A stretch of DNA of 64,000 bases from Anaeramoeba ignava BMAN (Eukaryota; Protista; Anaeramoebae), in contig JAPDFW010000055.1 of the NCBI GenBank assembly GCA_028826165.1, positions 124,001 to 188,000 of the forward strand, in the 5' to 3' direction. The notes under the pieces are model-generated. The model did no database searches, was not told the origin of the DNA, and was given only the letters and a program-made list of their open reading frames with translations. Made by a program: the position numbers and the translations under genes. Below, one piece after another: positions 36,501 to 47,323 of this stretch (position 1 is its first letter; each line of letters starts with the position of its first letter).

Positions 36501-37378
36501 CTTGTTCTAAAATCTAATATAAATTTTAAATAAATTTTAATTGAATTTTAAATTTTAAATAAATTTTAATTGAATTTTAAATAAATTTTAATTGAATTTT
36601 AAATAAATTTCTGGAAATCTACTTTTGGATCAATTTCGGATTTTTCATCCAAATTTGCACATTCAAGAAAAGTAAGTTTATGAACATCTGAATCAAACAA
36701 CCAAGATTGAGAATAAGAAAAAACAATAGAAAAAATTTGCCATTCCCAAAGTTCATAAAAAGTTTTTTGTTTTGAACCAATAAAAGCTTGATTTGAACCA
36801 GATGGAGAAACTCTTGAATATAAAACTTGTAATAATTCTAAAGCTGGTCTAAGATAAACTCCTCCAATTTCAAGTAAACTTTTGATATAATTTTCTGAAT
36901 TATATAAATTTATTGTATCATTTGAATTTTTTAATAAATTTTTCGAAAATAAAAGAATGCTTATTATTAATTTTTCATTAAATTCTTTCGAATTTTTTAA
37001 ATTTTCCGTTAATGAATTTGATATTTTTTCTTTTTCAAGAATTTCATCAAATTTATTAAAAACATCTGCCCATCTAATTAAATCAATTTTCTTTTTATAA
37101 AAATAATTGATAAATTTGTTTAAAAGTAAAATTTTTATTTCTTTTATTTATTTTACATTATAAAAGATCCTTTTACTATTTTTAATTAAAATTTCATATA
37201 ATTCTTCATTAGTTTTTGTTGATAAAATTAAATCCATAACTTCTTTTTGTCTTGAAGACTTTTTTTTTTAATAAATAAAAAAATTTTAATTTTAATTTTT
37301 AATTTTAATTTTAATTTAAATTTTTTAATTTTTTACAATAGGAGGTGTATATTTTGTAATTTGAGCTTTAATTTTCAT
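27578..37378 (-). CDS. HUWE1/Tom1/UPL1-like giant HECT protein (~3150 aa); exons 37378-37337, 37258-37157, 37090-36623, 36513-36109, 36023-27578 with one +1 frameshift at ~32170-32180; HECT catalytic Cys absent
   Basis: N-terminal KIDLIRWADVFNKFDEIL (HUWE1 ARM/DUF908-like); ILRNVVEDP..RDPNLF; LLTFENKKRYF, HFIGEIIGKAIY, IFTPNELELLICG, FFWDVL, RAKFIQVVTGS HECT motifs. Confidence 0.88.
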
Positions 37379-37764
37379 TTTAAAATTAAATTTTTTTTTT
37401 TTAAATTTTGAAATTTTAATTTATCTTAAATTATTTAAAAAAAAAAAGAAAAAGAAAAAAAATGAAAAAAAAAAAAATGAAAAAAAAACTTTTTTTGCTT
37501 TTTTTAATTAATAAAAAAATTTTTTTTTTCTCCTTTTTTTTATTTTTAATTTTCTTTTTATTGAAAACTTTAAATTATTAATTCCATAATATTTTTAAAA
37601 TTTAGAAATTATTTAATAATAAAATATTTATAATTCTCTTATTTAAATCAATATTCAAAATTTATTTTCATCTTTTTAAATTTTTTTCAATTTTTTTATT
37701 ATTTTAAAAATTTGGAATAATTTTTTAAAAACAATTAGAAAGTGGATTTTTTATTATTAATTAA

Positions 37765-38030
37765 ATTTTAATTTTAATTTTAATTTTAATTTTAATTTTA
37801 ATTTTAATTTTAATTTTAATTTTAATTTTAATTTTAATTTTAATTTTAATTTTAATTTTAATTTTAAATTTAATTTTAATTTTAATTTTAATTTTAATTT
37901 TAATTTTAATTTTAATTTTAATTTTTAATTAATAATTTTAATTTTAATTTTAATTTTAATTTTAATTTTAATTTTAATTTTAATTTTAATTTTAATTTTA
38001 ATTTTAATTTTAATTTTATTTTTAATTTTA
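37765..38030. repeat. (TTTTAA)n microsatellite; a second one at 41720-41940 separates RCC1-BTB copies
   Basis: Directly visible. Confidence 0.9.
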
Positions 38031-38033
38031 AAT

Positions 38034-39800
38034 TTAATTATTAAATTTATTAATTAATAAATCAAATAAATTTGGATTTGTTTGATTTAATTGAAAATAA
38101 TCAATTCCTCTTTCTAATTCATCAATTATTTCTTGTGTAATTTCAATTTCATCTTTAATTTGATTTGAATAAATCCAATATTCAAATATTTGGAATGATT
38201 TATTACTTAATTCACTATAATCTGTAACTTTATTAGAAGTATCTTCTGTTACAGATAAAAACATTCCTCGATATAATTCACTTCTCATTATTAATATTAA
38301 TTTAGGAAATTTATATTGTTTTTCTTTTCTTTCAATAATAAAATCTTTTTCATTTTCATTTAAATAAATTCTTTTCATTGTTTCTTCAATTTTTTCATTG
38401 GAATTTATAATTTCTTTAATTTCATAATATAACTTTGGATTTATTATTCTGTTTGAATAAATCATTTCAAATATTTGATTTGATTCTTTAATTGATTTAT
38501 TTGAAATAATTTCTTGAAGTTTTTCAATTTCAATTTCATTTTGATTTAATCTATATTTCAATATTAATTTATGAGCTTCAATTATTTCTCCATTTTCTGT
38601 TTTAAATGAAATATCACAAAATTCTTTTCTTCTAAATAATTTTATCAAATCTTCTTCAAGATTGGAAAAAGGAGAAAGGAAAGGAGAATAATAAAGAAAT
38701 GATGAATACAAATTGCCACAAGAAATATGATAATTGGAAATATCTTCATTAAATCTTAATTTAGGAAGTTCAGTTTGAATTGGAATTCTTTGATTATTTG
38801 TATTTCCAGTTCCTAATTGACCATGTTCATTATTCCCAAATCCAATTAATTTTGAATTGGATGTTAAAATCAAATTATGGAAATACCCAACAGAAAAATC
38901 AAGAATATTATAATCATTTTCAAATAAAGATGATTTGATTTCAGTAAATTCATAAGTGTTTTCTTCATCTTTGCCAAGTCCATTATATTGATATCTTCCA
39001 CATGAATAAAGTTTTCTTTTTGGATTTTCATTTTCTTTTTCAATTAACATTAATGAATTATAATGTCCACATTGAATATCAATTATTTTACCTTTTGGAA
39101 TATTTTGGATTTTGGTTAATTTTTTGATCATTGTTTCTTTTTTTCTTGATTCACCTAATCCAATTTGACCATTATAGTTAAATCCGCATCCAAATAATTC
39201 TTGATTTGAATTTAAAAGAAAAAAATGATAAGAACAATTTCCTGAAAATATTTTAGAAACATTTTTCATCATTAAAATTGGTTTTTCTGTTTTTTCAAGT
39301 GTTTTAGAATCAAAACCAAGTTGACCATATTCATTTGAACCAATTCCATAAGCATTTTGATTTGAAGTTAATAAATAAATTTGTTCAGCACCAGAAACAA
39401 TATCTTTAATTATTCTATCATTTGTATCTTCAATTAATGATGAAATATTGATAAATTCATTTGGATTTTTTGAATTAATATAGTTTCCTTTTGCAAATAC
39501 ATTTCCTTCTATTGTTAAAATAGCTTCATTTGAAAAACCAACAGTTACTTTTTGAATATTTTCTTCAATTTGGATTTTTTGAGGTTTTTGATTTGAACTT
39601 CTTAAATATTCTATTGCTTTTCCATTTTTAAAAAGGAAAATTGTTGAAAAACCTCCTGATGAAATTTGTTTAATTTGCTTTTCATTTTCATTTTCATTTT
39701 CATTTTCAAATTTAAATTGAATTGGTTTTGTTATTTTATCTGATTCATTTTTAATAAGTTTTGGATATTGATTTGAACCAAAAAATAAACAATCATTCAT
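38034..39800 (-). CDS. RCC1-repeat propeller + BTB/POZ protein (putative Cullin-3 adaptor), intact copy
   Basis: RCC1 motifs G.N.YGQLG and .G..H..ILT; BTB start FCDISF....IEAHKLILKYR and a second BTB-like YKFPKLILIMRSELYRGMF. Confidence 0.9.
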   Translation of the reverse strand: MNDCLFFGSNQYPKLIKNESDKITKPIQFKFENENENENEKQIKQISSGGFSTIFLFKNGKAIEYLRSSNQKPQKIQIEENIQKVTVGFSNEAILTIEGNVFAKGNYINSKNPNEFINISSLIEDTNDRIIKDIVSGAEQIYLLTSNQNAYGIGSNEYGQLGFDSKTLEKTEKPILMMKNVSKIFSGNCSYHFFLLNSNQELFGCGFNYNGQIGLGESRKKETMIKKLTKIQNIPKGKIIDIQCGHYNSLMLIEKENENPKRKLYSCGRYQYNGLGKDEENTYEFTEIKSSLFENDYNILDFSVGYFHNLILTSNSKLIGFGNNEHGQLGTGNTNNQRIPIQTELPKLRFNEDISNYHISCGNLYSSFLYYSPFLSPFSNLEEDLIKLFRRKEFCDISFKTENGEIIEAHKLILKYRLNQNEIEIEKLQEIISNKSIKESNQIFEMIYSNRIINPKLYYEIKEIINSNEKIEETMKRIYLNENEKDFIIERKEKQYKFPKLILIMRSELYRGMFLSVTEDTSNKVTDYSELSNKSFQIFEYWIYSNQIKDEIEITQEIIDELERGIDYFQLNQTNPNLFDLLINKFNN

Positions 39801-39877
39801 TTTCGAAAAGAAAAAAATGAAAAAAATGAAAAATGATTTTTTAAATTTGAATTTTAATTTTAATTTTAATTTTGATT

Positions 39878-41640
39878 TTAATTTTGATTATTAAATTTGT
39901 TAATTAATAAATCAAATAAATTTGGATTTGTTTGATTTAATTGAAAATAATCAATTCCTCTTTCTAATTCATCAATTATTTCTTGTGTAATTTCAATTTC
40001 ATCTTTAATTTGATTTGAATAAATCCAATATTCAAATATTTGAAATGATTTATTACTTAATTCACTATAATCTGTAACTTTATTAGAAGTATCTTCTGTA
40101 ACAGATAAAAACATTCCTCGATATAATTCACTTCTCATTATTAATATTAATTTAGGAAATTTATATTGTTTTTCTTTTCTTTCAATTATAAAATCTTTTT
40201 CATTTTCATTTTCATTTAAATAAATTCTTTTCATTGTTTCTTCTATTTTTTCATTGGAATTTATAATTTCTTTAATTTCTGAATATAATTTTGGATTTAT
40301 TATTCTGTTTGAATAAATCATTTCAAATATTTGATTTGATTCTTTAATTGATTTTTTTGAAATAATTTCTTGAAGTTTTTCAATTTGATTTTGATCTTGA
40401 TTTAATCTATATTTTAATATTAATTTATGAGCTTCAATTATTTCTCCATTTTCTGTTTTAAATGAAATATCACAAAATTCTTTTCTTCTAAATAATTTTA
40501 TCAAATCTTCTTCAAGATTGGAAAAAGGAGAAAGGAGAGGAGAATAATAAAGAAATGATTTATTTGCTCCACAATAAACATGATAATTAGAAATATTTTC
40601 ATTAAATCTTAATTCAGGAAGTTTAATTTGAATTGGAATTAATTGATTTTCTTTATCTTCAATTGTTAATTGACCAAATTTATTTCTTCCAAATCCAATT
40701 AATTTTGAATTAGAAGTTAAAATCAAAGTATGAGAATAACCAATAGAAAAATCAAGAATATATCATCATTTTCAAATAAAGATGATTTGATTTCAGTAAA
40801 TTCTTTGATAGTTTCGCTAAGTCCATTATATTCATATCTTCCACATGAATAAAGTTTTCTTTTTGTGTTTTCATTTTCATCTTCAATCAATATTATTGAA
40901 TGAAAATTTCCACATTGAATATCAATTATTTTGCCTTTTGGAATATTTTGGATTTTGGTTAATTTTTTGATCATTGTTTCTTTGATTGATTCACCTAATC
41001 CAAGTTGACCATAATTGTTATATCCGCATCCAAATAATTCTTGATTTGAATTTAAAAGAATAACACCTCTTGATGAATTTCCTGAAAATATTTTAGAAAC
41101 ATTTTTCATCATTAAAATTGGTTTTTCTGTTTTTTCAAGTGTTTTAGAATCTAAACCAAGTTGACCATAATAATTAGAACCAATTCCATAAGCATTTCGT
41201 TTTGAAGTTAATAAATAAATTTGTTCAGCACCAGAAACAATATCTTGAATTATTCTATCATTTGGATCTTTAATTAATGATGAAATATTGATAAATTGAT
41301 TTGGATTTTTTGGATTAATATCTTTCCCTTTTGCAAATACATTTCCTTCTATTGTTAAAATAGCTTCATTTTGCCGACCAACAGTTACTTTTTGAATATT
41401 TTCTTCAATTTGGATTTTTTCAGGATTGTGTTCTAAATCATTTTCATTTGAATATTTTATTGCTTTTCCATTTTCAAAAAGGAAAATTGTTGAAAAACCT
41501 CCTGATGAAATTTGTTTAATTTGTTTTTCATTTTCATTTTCATTTTCAAATTTAAATTGAATTGGTTTTTTTATTTTATTTGATTCATTTATTAAAATAA
41601 TTGGATCTGTGTTTTGACCAAAAAATAAACAATCATTCAT
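39878..41640 (-). CDS. RCC1-BTB paralog with a 1-nt deletion frameshift at ~40760
   Basis: ORFs 40723-41640 and 39878-40726 join into a full-length paralog. Confidence 0.85.
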
Positions 41641-41937
41641 TTTCTTTTTTAAAAAGAAAAATTGAAAAATGAAAATTTTGCAAAAATTTTTGAAAAATTT
41701 TAAAATTTTAATTTTTTTAATTTTAATAATTTTAATTTTAATTTTAATTTTAATTTTAATTTTAATTTTAATTTTAATTTTAATTTTAATTTTAATTTTA
41801 ATTTTAATTTTAATTTTAATTTTAATTTTAATTTTAATTTTAATTTTAATTTTTAATTTTTAATTTTAATTTTAATTTTAATTTTAATTTTAATTTTAAT
41901 TTTAATTTTAATTTTAATTTTAATTTTAATTTTAATT

Positions 41938-43708
41938 TTAATTATTAAATTTATTAATTAATAAATCAAATAAATTTGGATTTGTTTGATTTAATTGAAA
42001 ATAATCAATTCCAATTTTAAATTCATTAATTATTTCTTGTGTAATTTCAATTTCATCTTTAATTTGATTTGAATAAATCCAATATTCAAATATTTGAAAT
42101 GATTTATTACTTAATTCACTATAATCTGTAACTTTATTAGAAGTATCTTCTGTTACAGATAAAAACATTCCTCGATATAATTCACTTCTCATTATTAATA
42201 TTAATTTTGGAAATTTATATTGTTTTTCTTTTCTTTCAATTATAAAATCTTTTTCATTTTCATTTTCATTTTCATTTAAATAAATTCTTTTCATTGTTTC
42301 TTCAATTTTTTCATTTGAATTTATAATTTCTTTAATTTCAGAATATAATTTTGGATTTATTATTCTGTTTGAATAAATCATTTCAAATATTTGATTTGAT
42401 TCTTTAATTGATTTTTTTGAAATAATTTCTTGAAGTTTTTCAATTTGATTTTGATTTTGATTTAATCTATATTTTAATATTAATTTATGAGCTTCAATTA
42501 TTTCTCCATTTTCTGTTTTAAATGAAATATCACAAAATTCTTTTCTTCTAAATAATTTTATCAAATCTTCTTCAAGATTGGAGAAAGGAGAAAGAAAAAG
42601 AGAATAATAAATAAATGATTTGTTAGTGCCACAAGAAAGATGATAATTGGAAATATTTTCATTAAATCTTAATTCAGGAAGTTCAATTTGAATTGGAATT
42701 GGTTGATAATTTGTATCTCCAGTTCCTAATTGACCATAATTTATTTCTTCCAAATACAATTAGTTTAGAATTAGATGTTAAAATCAAAGTATGAAAATAT
42801 CCAACAGAAATATCAAGAATAATATTATCATTTTCAAATAAAGATGATTTGATTTCAGTAAATTCTTTTGTATTTTGATTTTTGCCAAATCCATTATATT
42901 CATAAATTCCACATGAATAAAGTTTTCTTTTTGGATTTTCATTTCCTTTTTCATTTTCAATCAACATTATTGAATGAAAAATTCCACATTTAATATCAAT
43001 TATTTTACCTTTTGGAATATTTTGGATTTTGGTTAATTTATGTATTTTTGTTTCTTTTCTTGATTCTTCTAATCCAAGTTGATCATTATAATTAGATCCG
43101 CATCCAAATAATTCTTGATTTGAATTTAAAAGAAAAACATGAGAAGAACAATTTCCTGAAAATATTTTAGAAACATTTTTCATCATTAAAATTGGTTTTT
43201 CTGTTTCTTCAAATATTTCATAATCAAAACCAAGTTGACAATATTGATTTGAACCAATTCCATAAGCATTTTGATTTGAAGTTAATAAATAAACTGAATT
43301 GTATCCGCAAACAATATCTTGAATTATTCTATCATTTGTATCTTCAATTAATGATGAAATATTGATAAATTGATTTGGATTTTCTGGATTAATATATTTT
43401 CCTTTTGAAAATAGATTTCCTTCTATTGTTAAAATAGCTTCATTTGAACAACCAACAGTTACTTTTTGAATATTTTCTTCAATTTGGATTTTTTGAGGAT
43501 TTGGTTTTGAATCTCTTAAATATTCTATTGCTTTTCCATTTTCAAAAAGGAAAATTGTTGAAAATTCTCCTGAAAAAATTTGTTTAATTTCATTTTCATT
43601 TTCATTTTCATTTTCAAATTTAAATTGAATTGGTTTTGTTATTTTATCTGGTTCATTTTTGATAAGTTTTGGATTTCGATTTGAACCAAAAAATAAACAA
43701 TCATTCAT
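41938..43708 (-). CDS. RCC1-BTB paralog with a 1-nt insertion frameshift at ~42740
   Basis: ORFs 42683-43708 and 41938-42759 join into a full-length paralog. Confidence 0.85.
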
Positions 43709-43821
43709 TTTCTTTTTTTAAATTTAAAATTTTAATTTTTTTAAAAAGAAAAAAAAATGAAAAAAAATTTTTTTTATTTTTTCATTTTAAATTTTGATTT
43801 TAAAAAAAATTAAATAATAAA

Positions 43822-46800
43822 ATGCAATCAAAAGATATTGAACAATTTGATTCTTTAACATTTCAATGTTTCAGATCACAAAATACACAAACCAGAAAAG
43901 AAGCAGAAGAAAAACTTGAATCATTATCAAATTCAATTGAGTTCATTTCAATAAGTTTAACAATTTTACAAGAAACAACATCTAAATATTCACAAATTTA
44001 CATTTCAAATAAAATCACAAATTTACTAACTGATTATTGGGAAAATTTCCAAAATTTACAAATAAATAATGTATTTGAAATTTTAGTTAAAATTCTTACT
44101 GAAAAAAATCTTGAAATTGAAGCTGAAAAATCAATTATTAAAACTATTGCTAGAATTATAAAATTGAATTGGGATTTGAAATCAAATTCTTCTCTATTTG
44201 CGAAAAAAATTCACCAAATTTGTTTCCAATATTCAAAACCACAAATTTCAAAATTATCAATAATTCAACTTCATTTGATTGGATTTAAAATTTATATTGA
44301 AATGATATTCCAATTCTCAAATATAATTTCTCAAAAGGAGCCTTTTATACTTTATAAACTAAGATCAATATCCTTCAGAGATCATGAATTGATTTCACTT
44401 CTCCAAAGATCTCTGACATATTTATCATTATATAAACCCAAAATACAAAATCAAGATGATCCAAGATTCCAAAACCCTTTATTATTTGGAAACACAGTTA
44501 GAAGTGATGTTAATCCTTATATTGATTTTGATTTTTCTAAATTACCAAATTCTGAGCAAGAACAAAGGGCTTTTAAACTAAGGATTGTTTGTATTGAATT
44601 AGCCTTTGCTTGTTTTTCTTTTGATTTTTCAACCCCATCTTATTTCGATCAGAATAATATCAATACCAAAAAAAATTCTGAGAATTATATTCCCTTCCCA
44701 GATTCATGGAAATATCTTTTTGAAAAGGAGGAAATGATTAGATTGCTTTTTGATTATTATTTTATATATCCAATCCAATTGGGAAGTAAAATTCTTGAAA
44801 TGTTATATTTATTTGCCAGTTCAAAAAGTACTTTATTCTCAAATTCAGAAAAAAGGGATATTTTTTTTGAGGAAATTATTTTTGGAGTTTCTGGGGTTTT
44901 GGAATCAAAAAAGGGAATTGAAAACATTGATAATTTCCATCAACTTTCTCGTTTATTAGTCAAAATTGCTGTATCTTATACATCCATTTCCACACTTGAA
45001 ATATTCCCCAAGTTTTTCAATTTGGTTTCTGAATTCATCTTGGCAACTCTTCAATATTGCAACCAAAACATAAATAGTTATATTGACGATTATCAAAATG
45101 GAACTGATAATCTTATTGAGTTTTGGATAGAAATTTGTATGTCAATTTTTTCCGTAAACCCAAGATTAGTAGATGATTCTATCCAGCCCGATTTCAACAA
45201 GGACGGATTTATGCAAACAATACAAACAATATTTGAATCATATTTAAACCTGATTGTGATTGCTGTTTATCATCAATTTGAATCAGGGAATTTATCAGGA
45301 GATGAGTCTTGGATTTTGGATTCAATGCTGATTGTGAAAATTCAGCTTGCCTCAAAATTAGCAGGATCAAATCCTTCAGGTTGCTTCAATTCCTTGATCT
45401 CTTTATATAATTCTACTTGTGAAAAATTCAATAATTTCATTTCAAATCCAAATGATAAAAATAATTTTTCATCCAATTCTCAAGATATTCAAATGGAAAA
45501 TTCTCTTACTTTTTCTGATCCAAGTTTCCAAATTGCTTTATTGGATTTAGTAATAACATATTCTCTTTTAGATTCAGTTTTTGTTATTATGAATAAGGAA
45601 AGAAAAGCTATTATTGCCAAATTATCTTCATCTATCATTAATTTCCATATTTCTCTTGATCAACTAACTAATTCTCAACAAAGTTTGTCAAACTCTTTTG
45701 CTTGGATTGAACTCAGTTTCCTTCATTTCTTACAAAAAGTCAATTTTGATTATATTCATTTCTCTGATTCAATGATTACAATGCAGGAAACTGAAATTGA
45801 AAATGAAAAAGACCAAAAATACCAAATTATCATTGAGAAAATTATCAAGAATTTAGTTTTTTGGAATCAATCAAGAAGAATCATTTCTGAATCTTTATCT
45901 TTATTGAAAAAAATATTTTCATCAAATAGTTTTACATATCTCCCTTCAAAACCTCAAATTTTAGAAACACTCGTTTCAAGCTTGGCAAATAATTCATTCA
46001 CTTTTTTGTATTCTTATCAAAATTCAAGATTCAGAAAATCTTTTATCAGAATCATTTCTTCTTCTTTATTTATAAACAATGAAATCAACAATTTGCAAGA
46101 TTCAATCAAGAATTTAATTTCTCATTTTGAAACTCAATTTAATCATCTCAATCAAATCATCAATTCATTAAATCCAAATAATATTGATTCTAATATTGAT
46201 TTAGATTTGCCGTTTATTGGATTTGCAAATGATTTAAGAGGATTATTATCATCTTTGAATTCCAAAAAATTCTTTTCAATGTTTTTTGAATGGTTTTATC
46301 CAAAATATTCAAATATTCTCAATAACGCAACAAACTTATTATTCCAAAACCCAAATTCATTCAATACACTTTTACAATTTTGGGATGAATTATCAAATAA
46401 TCGATTTGGAAGAATAACTTTTGATCGATTTTCTTTTACAAATATCACAATTTTCAAACAAGTTGGCAAAATTATATCTTCTTATTTCCAACATCTCCAA
46501 AAACAAGAACCTTATAAAATTGGTGTTCCAGTTTGTGAATTACAACCTGAAGATATTGACAAAATTCGAACTCAATTCAAAACAATTTCAATTTGTCATT
46601 CAATTTTATCTCATTGTTTATCATTTGGATTTGTTCAATTTGGAGCTTTTATTTATTATCAAGATGAATTACCTAAGAATTTAATTATATTTGGAATTTT
46701 GATGATGAATTATATTGATCCTCAATTTTGGAAAATCTTCCCGAAATTCACTTATAAATTTTATGAATTTGTTGAAACAATAACTTCTATTCATTTGGAA

Positions 46801-47310
46801 ACTATTGTTGAATTGGATACTAATAATTTTGTTGAATTTATTGAAAAAATCAAGAATGGATTAGAAAGTGAAGATAAAGTAATTTCTCCAAAATGTTGTT
46901 CTTCTTTAGATTCCATTTTATCATACATTATTCTCAATTCTGAAAATCAAAAAAATCTTTCCAAAATTAATACTCTTGAGCTTTTTAATCAACATTTCAA
47001 TTCAAAACCTGAAATCATTCATCAATTTTTCCAAATAATTATTGAAAAATTAATTTATGGAGATTATTATTTTCATTGGTTTCTTTCTCGTCCGTTATTT
47101 TGTTTAATTTTAGCAAATGAACAATTTTTCAATGATTTTAAAAAAAATTACATTTCAAATTTAAACGAAAATGAACAAGAAAAAATAACTGTGATTTTTA
47201 ATGATTTATTTAAAGGAGTTGAGAAGAATTTAGAACCAAAAAATAGAGATCAATTTTCCAAAAATGTACTTTCATTTATTGAATCAATCAAAAAATTAGG
47301 GAAAATTTAG
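43822..47310 (+). CDS. XPO7: Exportin-7/RanBP16-17 family karyopherin
   Basis: Importin-beta N-terminal domain (TRKEAEEKLE); NFHQLSRLL, DLRGL..MFFEWFYP, WFLSRPLFCLILANE..GVEKNLEPKNRDQF. Confidence 0.9.
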   Translation: MQSKDIEQFDSLTFQCFRSQNTQTRKEAEEKLESLSNSIEFISISLTILQETTSKYSQIYISNKITNLLTDYWENFQNLQINNVFEILVKILTEKNLEIEAEKSIIKTIARIIKLNWDLKSNSSLFAKKIHQICFQYSKPQISKLSIIQLHLIGFKIYIEMIFQFSNIISQKEPFILYKLRSISFRDHELISLLQRSLTYLSLYKPKIQNQDDPRFQNPLLFGNTVRSDVNPYIDFDFSKLPNSEQEQRAFKLRIVCIELAFACFSFDFSTPSYFDQNNINTKKNSENYIPFPDSWKYLFEKEEMIRLLFDYYFIYPIQLGSKILEMLYLFASSKSTLFSNSEKRDIFFEEIIFGVSGVLESKKGIENIDNFHQLSRLLVKIAVSYTSISTLEIFPKFFNLVSEFILATLQYCNQNINSYIDDYQNGTDNLIEFWIEICMSIFSVNPRLVDDSIQPDFNKDGFMQTIQTIFESYLNLIVIAVYHQFESGNLSGDESWILDSMLIVKIQLASKLAGSNPSGCFNSLISLYNSTCEKFNNFISNPNDKNNFSSNSQDIQMENSLTFSDPSFQIALLDLVITYSLLDSVFVIMNKERKAIIAKLSSSIINFHISLDQLTNSQQSLSNSFAWIELSFLHFLQKVNFDYIHFSDSMITMQETEIENEKDQKYQIIIEKIIKNLVFWNQSRRIISESLSLLKKIFSSNSFTYLPSKPQILETLVSSLANNSFTFLYSYQNSRFRKSFIRIISSSLFINNEINNLQDSIKNLISHFETQFNHLNQIINSLNPNNIDSNIDLDLPFIGFANDLRGLLSSLNSKKFFSMFFEWFYPKYSNILNNATNLLFQNPNSFNTLLQFWDELSNNRFGRITFDRFSFTNITIFKQVGKIISSYFQHLQKQEPYKIGVPVCELQPEDIDKIRTQFKTISICHSILSHCLSFGFVQFGAFIYYQDELPKNLIIFGILMMNYIDPQFWKIFPKFTYKFYEFVETITSIHLETIVELDTNNFVEFIEKIKNGLESEDKVISPKCCSSLDSILSYIILNSENQKNLSKINTLELFNQHFNSKPEIIHQFFQIIIEKLIYGDYYFHWFLSRPLFCLILANEQFFNDFKKNYISNLNENEQEKITVIFNDLFKGVEKNLEPKNRDQFSKNVLSFIESIKKLGKI

Positions 47311-47323
47311 AAGTAATCAATTT

